Shown here: in pieces, positions 42,725 to 52,214 of the stretch
Layout of the letters: each line of letters starts with the position of its first letter
How positions within the stretch are numbered: the stretch's first letter is position 1
From: an uncultured delta proteobacterium
GTDB taxonomy: Bacteria > Myxococcota_A > Polyangia > Palsa-1104
Length of the DNA stretch: 64,000 bases
NCBI GenBank assembly: GCA_963785725.1
Contig: CAWAWS010000039.1
Span: 96,001 to 160,000, forward strand
Reading direction: 5' to 3'
Translations under genes and position numbers: made by a program
The notes under the pieces: generated by a model
Databases searched by the model: none
What the model saw: the letters and a program-made list of their open reading frames with translations, nothing else
What the model was told of the DNA's origin: nothing

Positions 42725-43675
42725 ATGTTGAAGATGTATCAAGGGCAATCCAGCTCGAGCAGCAGCCCCGAATTTTGGGACGAAAGCTGGGAGCAGAACG
42801 AGCTGGCGCACGTGCTCGCCGATGTACGCGTCGTCGAGAACGATCCCGTTTATGAGCTGCTCAAGAGCACCTTGCGCCCCGATCGGCTGTTTCTCGAGGG
42901 CGGCTGCGGCCAGTCGCAGTGGGTCAAATACTTCAGCGAGCGCGGCTATCGCACCATCGGCATCGACTTCGCCAAGCGCACCGTCGACAAAGTGCGGCGG
43001 GTGGCGCCCGAGCTCGACGTTCGCGTCGGGAACATCCTCGAGCTGCCGTTTGCCGATGGCGAGGTTCACAGCTACTACTCGGGCGGCGTCGTCGAGCACT
43101 TCGAGAGCGGGCCCGAGCCGGCGCTGCGTGAAGCCCGCCGCGTGTTGAGCCGCGACGGCTGGTTCTTGTGCTCGGTGCCCGATGACTCGTTCTTGCGCCG
43201 GCAGCTCTTCGATCGCGACCGCACCGAGCGCCGCGATCTGAGCCCGCCCTTGGCCGTGCGCCGCATCGATCGGACGCACGAGGAGCCGGCGCTCGACGGT
43301 TACCAGTTCTTCCAATATGCGTTCACCGAGGCCGAGTTCCGCGGTCGGCTCGAGCAGGCGGGCTTCGAGGTCGAGCGGACCTTCGGCTACAGCTTGATCT
43401 GGGGTCTCGCCGAGCTGCCGCGCTTTCGCTCGCTCTACGACGGCGCCTTCGGCGTGGCCAGGACCCTGCGCGATCGCCTGCGGCCGTCGCAGCCGGCGGC
43501 GGCCGAGCGCGATCGGGCCGTCGCGCCGGCGCATCCGGCTGCCGGCGCGAGCGGGATCTTTCACCGCGTGCTCGTCAAAGAGGATCGCTCGACGCCGCTG
43601 CTCGGACCGCTCGTCGGCCTACTCTGTGAGGGCTTTGCGAACATGCGCATGTACGTCGCGCGGCCGCGTGGTTGA
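42725..43675 (+). CDS. Class I SAM-dependent methyltransferase
   Basis: FLEGGCG, G.DFA, LPF.DG, GV.EHF, E..RVL..DG. Confidence 0.85.
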   Translation: MLKMYQGQSSSSSSPEFWDESWEQNELAHVLADVRVVENDPVYELLKSTLRPDRLFLEGGCGQSQWVKYFSERGYRTIGIDFAKRTVDKVRRVAPELDVRVGNILELPFADGEVHSYYSGGVVEHFESGPEPALREARRVLSRDGWFLCSVPDDSFLRRQLFDRDRTERRDLSPPLAVRRIDRTHEEPALDGYQFFQYAFTEAEFRGRLEQAGFEVERTFGYSLIWGLAELPRFRSLYDGAFGVARTLRDRLRPSQPAAAERDRAVAPAHPAAGASGIFHRVLVKEDRSTPLLGPLVGLLCEGFANMRMYVARPRG

Positions 43676-43729
43676 TTCGAGAAGCCGCTGGACTTGCGCT
43701 GCTAACCAAGGGAGACCTGTAATCATCAC

Positions 43730-44683
43730 ATGCGTCCTAGAGTGCTCATCACGGGTGGAACGGGATTCCTCGGCAAGCGGCTGGCGCTGGCGATGGCGGA
43801 CACGCACCAGGTCATCCTGTCCGGTCGCAACAACAAGCAGAACCTCGTCGCCGCCAAGTTCACCGGCTGCGAGGTGCTGCCGCTCGACGTCGCGCGCATG
43901 GAGTCGGTGCGCGACGCGTTCATCGAGGCCAAGCCCGACATCGTGATCCACGCGGCGGCGACGAAGTTCGTCGACATGGCCGAGCGGCAGCCGCTCGAGT
44001 GCACCGACGTCAACGTGCTCGGCTCGCAGAACGTCGCGCGCATGGCGCTCGAGCGCGGCGTCAAGACGGTCATCGGCATCTCGACCGACAAGGCCTCGCC
44101 GCCCGTGCGCAACACCTACGGGCTCACCAAGGCGCTGATGGAGCGCGTGTTCTGCTCGCTCGACGGCAAGACCGACACGCGCTTCGTCTGCGTCCGCTAC
44201 GGCAACGTCGCCTGGTCGACCGGCTCGGTGCTGCCGATCTGGAAGAAGATGCACGAAGAGACGGGTGTCATCGGCACGACCGGTCCCGAGATGCGCCGCT
44301 TCTTCTTCACCGTCGACGAGGCGGTCAAGCTGGTGCTGACGGCGATCGAGCACGCCGACGAGCTGCGCGGCAAAGTCCTGTCGCGACGCATGAAAGCGGC
44401 GCTCATCAAGGACATCCTGACCTTGTGGGTGAAGCAAAAGGGCGGCAGCTGGAAGCAGATCGAGGGCCGCCCCGGCGAGCGCGACGACGAGTTCTTGATC
44501 GGCGATCTCGAGCTGCCTTACACGCGCGAAGTCACCTATCACGGCATCACCCACTACGTCATTTCCTTCAACCAGCGCGTCGAGAAGGCGCTCGCCGAAG
44601 GGCTGTCGTCGGCCAACACCGACCGGCTCAGCGACGCCGAGATCATCGACCTGCTCGAGCATCCGCCGGTCGAGGAGCGGTAA
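43730..44683 (+). CDS. Short CapD/PseB/FnlA-type UDP-HexNAc 4,6-dehydratase
   Basis: TGGTG.LG, HAAA.K.V..AE, N..GS.NV, ISTDKA..P, YG.TK...E, VRYGNV..S.GSV.P, M.RF. Confidence 0.85.
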   Translation: MRPRVLITGGTGFLGKRLALAMADTHQVILSGRNNKQNLVAAKFTGCEVLPLDVARMESVRDAFIEAKPDIVIHAAATKFVDMAERQPLECTDVNVLGSQNVARMALERGVKTVIGISTDKASPPVRNTYGLTKALMERVFCSLDGKTDTRFVCVRYGNVAWSTGSVLPIWKKMHEETGVIGTTGPEMRRFFFTVDEAVKLVLTAIEHADELRGKVLSRRMKAALIKDILTLWVKQKGGSWKQIEGRPGERDDEFLIGDLELPYTREVTYHGITHYVISFNQRVEKALAEGLSSANTDRLSDAEIIDLLEHPPVEER

Positions 44684-44721
44684 ACGATGGCGATGGATCA
44701 CGAGCCGGGAGACGTCGTTTA

Positions 44722-45390
44722 GTGGGGCGAATCAAACACGCGGTCATCATGGCCGCCGGCCGCGGCCAGCGCATGATGCCGCTGACGCAGGTCATGCCGA
44801 AGCCCATGGCGCCGTATCTCAATACGACGCTCATTGCCAACGGCATCGAAAAGATTCGCCCGTATATCGATAAAATCCACGTGACGGTCGGCTACAAAGG
44901 CGCGATGTTGGCGCAGCATCTCATCGAGCACGGCGTCTCGTCGATCTTCAACACCGACGGGCAGTCCAACTGCTGGTGGATCTTCAATACGCTGATGCGC
45001 TTGGTCGACGAGCCGGTGTTCGTGCTCACTTGCGATAACGTTACCGATATCGATTTCTCGGCTTTGGAAGAGGATTATTTCGCGCTGGGCGCGCCGCCGT
45101 GCGCCGTCGTTCCGGTCACGCCGGTGCCTGGGCTCGAAGGCGACTACATCTTTCACGACGCGCAATGGGTGAGCGAGCTCAGCCGCACGAAGCCCGCCGA
45201 CACCTATTGCTCGGGCATTCAGGTCTTGAATCCTCATCGGCTCAATCAGCTGCTCACGGATGCGACCGATTTCTACGACGTCTGGAGTCGGCTCATCACG
45301 CAGCGGCAGCTGATGGTGGCGCGCATTCGCCCCACGCGCTGGTTCACCGTCGACACGCTCGCGGATCTGCAGCGGTCGAGCACGGGCTGA
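44722..45390 (+). CDS. Nucleotidyltransferase (NTP_transferase family)
   Basis: AVIMAAG.G.RM.PLT...PKPM; start uncertain (could be 44687 with an indel). Confidence 0.8.
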   Translation: MGRIKHAVIMAAGRGQRMMPLTQVMPKPMAPYLNTTLIANGIEKIRPYIDKIHVTVGYKGAMLAQHLIEHGVSSIFNTDGQSNCWWIFNTLMRLVDEPVFVLTCDNVTDIDFSALEEDYFALGAPPCAVVPVTPVPGLEGDYIFHDAQWVSELSRTKPADTYCSGIQVLNPHRLNQLLTDATDFYDVWSRLITQRQLMVARIRPTRWFTVDTLADLQRSSTG

Positions 45391-45403
45391 GGACGACGCC
45401 GCC

Positions 45404-46378
45404 ATGCCGCTCGTCACGATCATCCTCAACTCCTACAATCAGCGCCAATATCTGCAGCAGTCGGTCGAGAGCGCGCTGGCGCAGACGATGACCGACTTCG
45501 AGCTGCTCATCGTCGACAACGGCTCGACCGACGGCTCGCAGGACTTCCTGCGCAGCTTCTCCGATGCGCGCATTCGTCTGGTCTTGAACCGCGAGAACGC
45601 GGCGATCTCACGTCGCTTCAACGAGGCCGTGGCCTTGGCGCGCGGCAAATATGTCTCGTTCCTCTATTCCGACGACTTTTACTTGCCGCACAAGCTCGAG
45701 CGTCAGGTGGCGCAGCTCGAGCGCTTGCCGGCGGATTATGGCGTCGTTTACGGGCCCGGCTACGGGCTCAATCAGCAGACCGGCGCGCGCTGGATTCAAG
45801 GCTGCCTCGACGATTCGGGCGCCATTCTCGAGCAGATGTTCATCCACTTCGATCGCGGCTTCATGAACATGATCGCGCCCATGGCGAAGCGTGAATGTCT
45901 GGCGCGACATCCGTTTTACGAGGACATCTTCGCCGAAGGTGAGGCCATCTTTTTCCGTCTGGCGATGACCCATCGGTTTCATTACGACAGCGAGCCGACC
46001 GCGGTCTGGCGCGACCATGGGCTCAACCGCGGCAAGGCCATCAAGCCCAATCACGACATGACGCTGAAGGTGCTCGAGCGGTTGGGACGCCAGCCGGAGT
46101 TTCCGGCGTCGTGTCAGGGGCTGCTGCGCGGCCTGCGCGCCGCGCTCAATCGCGATCACGGCTGGGAGATGCTGCGGCTCAACGGCGACGCCGGCTGGGC
46201 GCGGGGCTGTCTGCGCCAGGTGCCGATCATCGCGCCGCGCGAGGCGCTGCACCCGCGTTTCGTGGCGGCGGTGGGGCTCTCGTTGCTGCCGTCGCCGCTG
46301 CGCCGGACCTTCAATCGCCTGGGCAACCTCTTGCGCCCGACGCACGAGACGCGCACCGTCGTCGAAGACTACTCGTAA
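45404..46378 (+). CDS. GT2 glycosyltransferase
   Basis: VTII...YN...YL...VES.L.QT, VDNGSTDGS, FL.SDD. Confidence 0.9.
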   Translation: MPLVTIILNSYNQRQYLQQSVESALAQTMTDFELLIVDNGSTDGSQDFLRSFSDARIRLVLNRENAAISRRFNEAVALARGKYVSFLYSDDFYLPHKLERQVAQLERLPADYGVVYGPGYGLNQQTGARWIQGCLDDSGAILEQMFIHFDRGFMNMIAPMAKRECLARHPFYEDIFAEGEAIFFRLAMTHRFHYDSEPTAVWRDHGLNRGKAIKPNHDMTLKVLERLGRQPEFPASCQGLLRGLRAALNRDHGWEMLRLNGDAGWARGCLRQVPIIAPREALHPRFVAAVGLSLLPSPLRRTFNRLGNLLRPTHETRTVVEDYS

Positions 46379-46385
46379 TTTCGCG

Positions 46386-47270
46386 TCATTTCGGCTCGGC
46401 GATGACGTCGAAGTGGTCGTGCTCGAAGCGATAGTCGTGGTCGATGGGCACGCCGCGCTGCGCGTGGCGCAGGCGATAGCCGAACCCTTCCAACAGCTCG
46501 ATCATCGCGCGCGCCGACGTCCCCTGCGCGCGCAGATTGACGTCGTCGACTTCGATGAAGAGCCGGGGTCGCTGCTCGGCCAGCAGCTTGCGTCCGCCGC
46601 GCAGCGCATGGTGCTCGAAGCCTTCGATGTCGATCTTGATGAGGTCGACTCGCGCAAGACCGCGCGCGGCGACGAAGTCGTCGAGGGTCGTGATCGTCAC
46701 CGGCAGGCCGTGCTGGTCGGGCGCGACGCGCATGCTGCCGCGGTTCGACTCGGTCGGCGCCGCCAGCGACAGCGTGCCCGGCTCGGCGCCGAGGCCGAGC
46801 GGCAGAAGCTGCAGCTGCGCCATCGGGTTGAGCGCGAGGTTGCGCTGCGCGCGCGCGAAGATCTGCGGATGCGGCTCGAACGCGAACACCGCGCCCGACG
46901 CGCCGACGCGACGCGCCAGCTGTAGCCCCGTCTCACCGATGTTGGCGCCGACATCGAAGACGACCTCGCCCGGCTTCGCCAGTGCTAAGAGCGTGTCGCG
47001 CGGCTCGATGGCGATCCCGAAGTAGATCATCCACTCCATGTAATCGGAGATGTCGAGATCGAAGGCCAGGCCGTCGCGGATGACCCGCCGCGGTGACGGC
47101 GAGCGATACAAATGGTTGTTCGCGGGAACGCGCGCGATCCAGTCATGTGGCGAGCGGCCGTAGGTGAAGCGCGCCAGCCGCTCGTCGATGGCGCGCGCGC
47201 GCAGCGGCAGCCGCAACAAGTTCAGGAGATGCAGCCGTCCTCGCGACAAGAGCGTGCGCGCGTCAAACAT
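46386..47270 (-). CDS. FkbM family methyltransferase
   Basis: VFDVGANIG, AFEP.P, TLDD, DLIKIDIEGFE..AL.G. Confidence 0.92.
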   Translation of the reverse strand: MFDARTLLSRGRLHLLNLLRLPLRARAIDERLARFTYGRSPHDWIARVPANNHLYRSPSPRRVIRDGLAFDLDISDYMEWMIYFGIAIEPRDTLLALAKPGEVVFDVGANIGETGLQLARRVGASGAVFAFEPHPQIFARAQRNLALNPMAQLQLLPLGLGAEPGTLSLAAPTESNRGSMRVAPDQHGLPVTITTLDDFVAARGLARVDLIKIDIEGFEHHALRGGRKLLAEQRPRLFIEVDDVNLRAQGTSARAMIELLEGFGYRLRHAQRGVPIDHDYRFEHDHFDVIAEPK

Positions 47271-48708
47271 CGGAGCCTCGCAGAGTGTGAAAGGAGGTCC
47301 ACGCGAGCGCCGCACAGCCGCCGAGCGCGAGGACGCAATAGCCGAGCCGCGGCAGCAGCGCCGGCTGTGCGCACGCGAAGACGCCGACCGCCAACAACGC
47401 GGTGACCGCGAGCACGACGAACAGCGCCTTGGCGCCGAAGAGGTGGCCGTGGCGATAGGCGACGGCGATGACGTAGGTGGCGGCCGAGATGCTGAAGGCG
47501 GCGCCGTGAACCCAAGCGATCGAGATGAGCGGTAGGCGCAGCGACAGGCAGGTCAGCGTGCCCACGACCCGCAGCGCGGCGATGACGACCTCGAGGATGC
47601 CGACGATGCGAAAGTCGCCCTGATTGAAGAGGAACATGGCGCAGAACCACACGACGATCTGCCCCGGCATCGACAGCGTCAGCACGCACAGGATGGGCTT
47701 GGCGTCGCTGAATTTGCCGCTGAAGAGCAGGCGAATGATGAGGTCGGCGCCGAGATAGATCGTCGACGCGCCGAGCAGCAAGAGGCCGAAGAGCACCATC
47801 AGCATGCGCTCGACGAGCTGCCGCTTCGCACCGTGATCTTGCAGCCGTCCGAGCTGCGGCATGAGATACGAGCGCATCGACGACGTGAGCACCAAGATCG
47901 AGGTCGATTCGAGCATCGACGCCGCCGCGTAGACGCCGAAGCGATCGGTTCCGAAGTGGCGCGCCAACGACGCTTGAATGATGAGGATCGCGCCCGTCGA
48001 CCACACCGGCAAAAGCGCGAGCGAGCCGGAGAAGGGCAGCGCCTCGCGCGTGGCCGCGAACGAGCGCAGCGGGCGGAAATGAAAGGCGGCGGCTGAGGCG
48101 CTGCGCGCGAGGTAGAAGCCGCCGAGGATGCCGCCGATATAGCAGGTGGCGCCGATGATGAACGCCAGGCCGACGTGGCCCAGCCGCAGAAACGGATAGG
48201 TCGTCAGCAGCGTCAACAGCGAGGTCACGAGGCCCACGCGGCTGACCTCGCGCACGAGGCCGAGCCCGTTGAGCGCCGCCGTCACCGATTGCAGGAACAG
48301 CACGCCCGTCGCCAGGATGATGACGAGCCGCACCTCGACCAGCCGCGGCGTCGCCAGGGCGCCGAACATGAACGACGCGATGACAGGCGCCGCCAGCAGC
48401 GCCAGCAGCGCCAGCACCACCGTTTGCGTCAACACGATGGTCCAGCCGGCGCTCAACAGCTGACCGATGCGCGCCGGCTCCTGCGTCGTCGACAGCCGCT
48501 GCATGAGCACTTCGTTCAGCCCCAGCGCCAGCGCGCTGACGAGGATCGTCGTCAGCGTGCGATAGAGCCCGATGAGCGCCACGCCTTCGGTGCCCGCGTA
48601 GACAGCCAAGAGCTTGTTGGTCCCGATGCCGAAGACGATCGTGATCAGCGACGCCACCGAGCTGATGCGCAGCGCGGCGATGAGGCCTATGCGCCGGCCC
48701 GCGCTCAT
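47263..48708 (-). CDS. wzx: Wzx/MATE-like oligosaccharide flippase
   Basis: 12-14 TM helices, NK.LAV..G.EG.ALIG start like WzxE; next to wzc. Confidence 0.8.
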   Translation of the reverse strand: MSAGRRIGLIAALRISSVASLITIVFGIGTNKLLAVYAGTEGVALIGLYRTLTTILVSALALGLNEVLMQRLSTTQEPARIGQLLSAGWTIVLTQTVVLALLALLAAPVIASFMFGALATPRLVEVRLVIILATGVLFLQSVTAALNGLGLVREVSRVGLVTSLLTLLTTYPFLRLGHVGLAFIIGATCYIGGILGGFYLARSASAAAFHFRPLRSFAATREALPFSGSLALLPVWSTGAILIIQASLARHFGTDRFGVYAAASMLESTSILVLTSSMRSYLMPQLGRLQDHGAKRQLVERMLMVLFGLLLLGASTIYLGADLIIRLLFSGKFSDAKPILCVLTLSMPGQIVVWFCAMFLFNQGDFRIVGILEVVIAALRVVGTLTCLSLRLPLISIAWVHGAAFSISAATYVIAVAYRHGHLFGAKALFVVLAVTALLAVGVFACAQPALLPRLGYCVLALGGCAALAWTSFHTLRGSDV

Positions 48709-48787
48709 GTTGCCGACAGTGCTGCAGCGACTAACATGCGGCGCAGCCTAGCGCGCGGATGCGGTGAAAGCGAGGCATGCGGAAGGC

Positions 48788-51031
48788 TCACGCAGGCTGC
48801 TTGGCGCTGCCCTTTTCCACCTCGTCCTCGGCGTAGTAATAGCCGTATTTGCCGGCGTAATACCCGTACTTCTGGCCCTGCGCGAGGTCGAGGTCGTTCA
48901 AGATGCAGCCGAGCACGTTGACGCCGCCGTCGACGAGCTGGCGGCGCGCGCGCGTCAAGCCATCCTTCGACGTCGAGCCGAACTTGGCGACGATGATCGT
49001 GCCGTCCGTAATTCGCGCCAAGATGGCCGCGTCGGTGACCGGCCCGACCGGCGGCGAGTCGAAGATGACGCGATCGAACGCGCCCGACAGCTCGTCGACG
49101 ATGCGATGAAACCGCTCGGCGTGTAAGAGCTCGGCCGGATTCGGCGGCGTCGCGCCGCACGGCAGCAGCGACAAGTTGGGCACGCCGGTCTCGCGCACCT
49201 GAGCGAGCACCGCCGTCTCACCCAAGATCGCGCGCGACAACCCGTCCGACGTCGCCGGGATGCCGAACGCCTTGTGCAGCCGCGGCCGTCGCATGTCGGT
49301 GTCGACGAGCAGCACGCGCAGCCCCGACTGCGCCAGCGTGATCGCCAGGTTCACGGCCGTCGTCGTCTTGCCCTCTTGCGAGCCCGCCGACGTCACCAAG
49401 AGCCGGCGCGCCGGATTGTCCGGCGTCATGAACAAGAGGTTCGTCCGAATCGCGCGGCAGCACTCGGCCACCGCCGACTTCGGATGCGACAGCACGTACA
49501 AGTCCTTCGAGCCCGAGCGCACCAGATCGGCCACGCCCGGCGGCAGCGGCACCGTGGCCGAGCGCTCCTTGGCGTTCAAGTTGATCGACGGAATCAGCCC
49601 CAAGAACGACAGGCCGATCTTGTGCTCGATGTCGTCCTGATCTTTGACCGTCGAATCGAGCAGCTCGAGCAGGAACGCCAGACCGAGCGCCAACACCAGC
49701 GCCGCCGCCGTCGCCGCGCCCACCGCGCGCGGCACGTCGGGACCGATCGCCGCCGTCGGCACCAGCGCCGCGTCGAGCGGGCGCACGTTATTCGTCTTCA
49801 GATGCCCCGCCAGCGACGTCTCGCGCTCGCGCCCGCCGACCTGCTCCGACAGCTTCGCCAGGCGATCGTAGCTGCGCTTCAAGTCGCGATATTCGATGGC
49901 CCGCTGCTCGAGCTGCAGCGCGTCGCGCGTCGTCTGATCGAGCGCCGTGCGCAGGTCCTTCTCTTGCCGCATCAGCATCGAGTACTGCGCCTCGACGGTC
50001 TTCGCCGCCAGCCCGGCTTCGCGCACCATGTCCGCCTTGGCGGCGTCGACGCGCGTCTCTTGCGCCAGGATCAGCGGGTGCTTGTCGAGATATTTGCCGC
50101 GCAGATCGGCGAGCTTGTGCACCTGATCGAGGTACATCTCCTTCAGCTTCACCAGCGTCGGGTTGTCGCCGATGCCCGGCGTCACGTCTTCCATCGGGTC
50201 GAGCGTCTTCAACGTCGCGTATTGATCGCGCTGCGCGCGCACGGCGATGAGCTTGACCTGCACCGTGTTCAGCTCGTCGTCGAGCTTGCGCCGCCGCGAC
50301 GACAGGTCGCTCTGCTGATCTTCGATCCCGACCGCGACGACGTTGTTCTTCTTCTTGAACTCGATGAGCGCGCGCTCCGACGCCTCCAGCTGCTGCGTCA
50401 AGTCGCCGTACTCGTCGCCGAGCCAGGTGGCCGCGCCTTCCGACTGCGACAGACGCCGCGCCAAGTTGCGCTCGGTGTAAATCTGCCCGACGGTGTTCGC
50501 CAAGAGCGCCGCGAACTCGGGATTGTTGTGCTGCACGCTGATGGTGACGATGCGCGAGCTCGGCACCGGCACCGCGTTCACCAGCGCCTGAACGACCTGC
50601 GCCGCCAGCTTGATGTCCTCGGGATTGTTGCAGTCCGACTGCGGCGACAGCACCTTGAGCGCCACTTCGGCGTTCGCGCCCGTGCCGAGCTTCTGCGTGC
50701 ACAGCGACTTGGCCACCTGAAGCGCCGTCGAGTAGCTGTGAATGACCTTCAGCTCCGTCTGCAGCGTCTCTTGCGAATCCCACCAGTTCGTCTCGATCTC
50801 GACGACGTCCTTGAAGTTCGGCCCCATGTATTGCGGCACCGAGGCGTCGATGATGAGGCTCGCCGTCGCTTCGTAGATCTTCGGCTGCTTCGACACGTAG
50901 AGCCCGACCAAGCTGGGCACGGCGACGACGATGCCGACGATGAGCCACAGCCGCTTGCGCAGCACGGAGAAGACGCTGCCGAGCGAGATCGGCGACGGGC
51001 CGGCTGAGAGTGCGCTGAGTGGGTCGCTCAT
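48788..51031 (-). CDS. wzc: Polysaccharide co-polymerase with fused BY tyrosine kinase
   Basis: Two TM helices flanking coiled coils; S....EGKTT, LLVD.DMRRP, IFDSPP; Tyr cluster KYGYYAGKYGYYY. Confidence 0.95.
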   Translation of the reverse strand: MSDPLSALSAGPSPISLGSVFSVLRKRLWLIVGIVVAVPSLVGLYVSKQPKIYEATASLIIDASVPQYMGPNFKDVVEIETNWWDSQETLQTELKVIHSYSTALQVAKSLCTQKLGTGANAEVALKVLSPQSDCNNPEDIKLAAQVVQALVNAVPVPSSRIVTISVQHNNPEFAALLANTVGQIYTERNLARRLSQSEGAATWLGDEYGDLTQQLEASERALIEFKKKNNVVAVGIEDQQSDLSSRRRKLDDELNTVQVKLIAVRAQRDQYATLKTLDPMEDVTPGIGDNPTLVKLKEMYLDQVHKLADLRGKYLDKHPLILAQETRVDAAKADMVREAGLAAKTVEAQYSMLMRQEKDLRTALDQTTRDALQLEQRAIEYRDLKRSYDRLAKLSEQVGGRERETSLAGHLKTNNVRPLDAALVPTAAIGPDVPRAVGAATAAALVLALGLAFLLELLDSTVKDQDDIEHKIGLSFLGLIPSINLNAKERSATVPLPPGVADLVRSGSKDLYVLSHPKSAVAECCRAIRTNLLFMTPDNPARRLLVTSAGSQEGKTTTAVNLAITLAQSGLRVLLVDTDMRRPRLHKAFGIPATSDGLSRAILGETAVLAQVRETGVPNLSLLPCGATPPNPAELLHAERFHRIVDELSGAFDRVIFDSPPVGPVTDAAILARITDGTIIVAKFGSTSKDGLTRARRQLVDGGVNVLGCILNDLDLAQGQKYGYYAGKYGYYYAEDEVEKGSAKQPA

Positions 51032-51188
51032 GGTGAATTCGACAGGGTAGTCGCCGCTCTCGACTGGGTCAAGGCGACGGCCGGATCATAAGTTGCCGAC
51101 GGCGCCGACAGCGTTCAGCCGCCCGCTGTCATTCATATTACATATCGAAATCGGTAGCTTACAGCTCGTCGTTCGCCCGGCGGCGCGC

Positions 51189-52214
51189 TCAGCCGATGGT
51201 CACCGGCGTGCCATTTTGGCGCAGCGACTGTTGCGCCGCTTCCAACACGCGAACCACTTCCAGGCCGTGCGCGGCGTCGGTGCGCGGTGTGGCGCCCGAG
51301 CGGACGCACTGCACGAAGTGCGCGCACTCGGCCTCGAGCGGCTCGGTCATCTGCAGCCGCGGGATGTGAATGTCGCCGTGCCGCACCGTCAGATACTCGC
51401 CCCAGCGCGTGAACTCGGGCGGGCGATCGTAGCCTTTGTCGTAGATGCGCAGCTTCTCGGCCGGATGCACGTCGTCGAACTCCACCATCTTCTTGCTGCC
51501 GACGACGGTGAGGCGCCGCTCTTTGCGCGGATCGAGCCACGACAGCTGCACCTGCGCCATGACGCCGCCCGTGAAATTCAGGTTCACGAACACGACGTCC
51601 TCGACGCCCGGCTGCAGATAGGCCTGACCGCGCGCGGCGACCGTGGCCGGCTTCTGGTCGACGAGATCGAGGATCATCGACAGATCGTGCGGCGCGAAGG
51701 ACCACAGCGCGTTCTCGTCCTTGCGCAGGCGACCCAAGTTCACGCGCACGGCGTAAATGTAGAAGACGTCGCCGACTTCGCCGCCGCGCACGAGCTCGCG
51801 CAGGCGCTCGTAGCCGGGGTGGTACAGCATCAGGTGGCCGACCATGAGCGTCTTGCCGGCGCGCGTGGCGGCGGCGACGGTGGCTTCGGCGTCGGCCGTC
51901 GACAGCGCCATCGGCTTCTCGACGAAGACGTGCTTGCCGGCGGCGAGCGCGGCCTGCGCCTGCGCCGCGTGGGCGACGGCGGGCGTGGCCAAGACGACGG
52001 CGTCGACGTCGTCGGCGGCGAGCACGTCGTCGAGCGCGGTCGTGCGCCGCGCTTTGGGCGCGAAGCCGGCGGCGCGTGCGAGCGCGCGCTCGTCGGGATC
52101 GCAGACGGCGACGAGCTCGCAGCCCGGCGCGCGGGCGAAGGCGCGCACGTGGTTGATGCCCCAATAGCCGGCGCCGGCGATGGCGATGCGCACGTTGTTG
52201 ATCGGCGCCGTCAC
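51189..52214 (-). CDS. Gfo/Idh/MocA oxidoreductase, WbpB/WlbA-like
   Basis: GAGYWG.N..R, KHV.VEKP, MVGH...YHP, WS.APHD; GTGA overlap with the DegT gene. Confidence 0.88.
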   Translation of the reverse strand: MTAPINNVRIAIAGAGYWGINHVRAFARAPGCELVAVCDPDERALARAAGFAPKARRTTALDDVLAADDVDAVVLATPAVAHAAQAQAALAAGKHVFVEKPMALSTADAEATVAAATRAGKTLMVGHLMLYHPGYERLRELVRGGEVGDVFYIYAVRVNLGRLRKDENALWSFAPHDLSMILDLVDQKPATVAARGQAYLQPGVEDVVFVNLNFTGGVMAQVQLSWLDPRKERRLTVVGSKKMVEFDDVHPAEKLRIYDKGYDRPPEFTRWGEYLTVRHGDIHIPRLQMTEPLEAECAHFVQCVRSGATPRTDAAHGLEVVRVLEAAQQSLRQNGTPVTIG

